A stretch of DNA of 64,000 nt, taken from Octopus sinensis. Lineage: Eukaryota. The stretch spans positions 23,312,001 to 23,376,000 of the forward strand of contig NC_043005.1 in the NCBI RefSeq assembly GCF_006345805.1. The letters are read 5' to 3'. The translations under genes and the position numbers were made by a program. Of the stretch, positions 63,021 to 64,000 are shown in pieces. The notes below the pieces were generated by a model, which was not told the origin of the DNA, searched no databases, and saw nothing but the letters and a program-made list of their open reading frames with translations. Position 1 is the stretch's first letter; each line of letters opens with the position of its first letter.

Positions 63021-64000
63021 AAAATAACTGCACTGTTATGGACATATGGAGTACAATAGTTGGTAGTTAGTGCTCTAAGTGGATGGAATCTGGAAAAGAA
63101 TGAAGACAGCTTTATAGATGTTGAGCCTCACAAGAGATGAAAGGGACTGAAGGTGACCTGCAGAGCTGGAGAACACCTATCTTCCTTAGCAAGTTTAGTG
63201 AAGGGAATGCTAAAATGAAGTTGGGATGGCAGCTGGGATGTCCTCTCACTTTCATAACTCACTCTTAGCTCTTTCACTCATTTTCCTCCCACTTATACTC
63301 TGATATTCCCTGTATCATGCTGCCTGTATGCAAGATAGCAGTGGACCTTTCCCTGTGCACCATCCTTACAGTAGCGGAAGCTCTTTAGTCTTGCAAAGTA
63401 TAGCTAGTAGCATTATAATAAAATGCACCTTGTACATTGTGTAAATTCGCTGGTGAATTAAGCAATGTAGGACTTAAAGGACTTATTTGTTTTGCTAAAG
63501 GGCATTGCAGCCTCTCTAGTAGCTGGTGTTACAAAAAAAAAAAAAAACATGGTCAGTACAATCTGTAAAAGGATTGGTGTTAGGTAAAACATTAAGGGAT
63601 AGAAATCATACCAAAAACTGAGATTTGAGAGTGAGACATGGTCCTCTGACTCATCTAGAAGGGCAATAACTCCAAATAATAACTAACTTGGACCATAACA
63701 ATCAGTCCAACCCATACCAGCATGGAAAACAAATGTAAAAATGGTGGTGGTGGTGGTGGTGGTGGAAGATAAAATTATTAGCGATAGATTGAGCAGAATG
63801 AAAATGAGAGAAAATGGTAGCTTAGTTGAGAGTGTTTGTAAGGGATGGTAGAATACTAAGCTATGTGTGTGTGTGTGGGGGGGTCTGTCATTATTGCAGA
63901 TTGGTCCAAGAAGGAAAGAAAAGCAGGTGGTGCAGATTTTAGCTGAAACTCAGAACTTTGGTACTTTAAAAAAATAGTATGTATCACAGTCACTTGTCAG

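Overview
AT-rich, repeat-saturated eukaryotic genomic DNA. The SINE, LINE and microsatellite content resembles cephalopod (octopus-type) DNA, which is an inference and not a database match. No intact protein-coding gene is recognisable. The ORF track is mostly microsatellite noise plus decayed transposon ORFs: RTE and CR1-group LINEs, mariner transposases and a Penelope GIY-YIG endonuclease. A TE-poor, CpG-richer island at about 23.2-27.6 kb looks like the promoter and first non-coding exon of an unidentified + strand host gene. The main unexplained signal is a set of hammerhead-ribozyme (HHR) motifs in five different repeat families. The clearest is a very young 362-bp tandem plus inverted array at 10.08-11.41 kb. 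Its three identical minimal type-I HHRs carry a compensatory U3-A8 core variant, giving a retrozyme or Penelope pseudo-LTR-like system. A second family links a Penelope GIY-YIG ORF to a tRNA-derived Pol III head and an HHR. Other notable items are a foldback MITE with telomere-like repeats, a LINE/SINE 3' stem-loop with covarying base pairs, and a CRISPR-mimicking hairpin minisatellite. All structures were read and paired by eye, and boundaries of decayed repeats are approximate.
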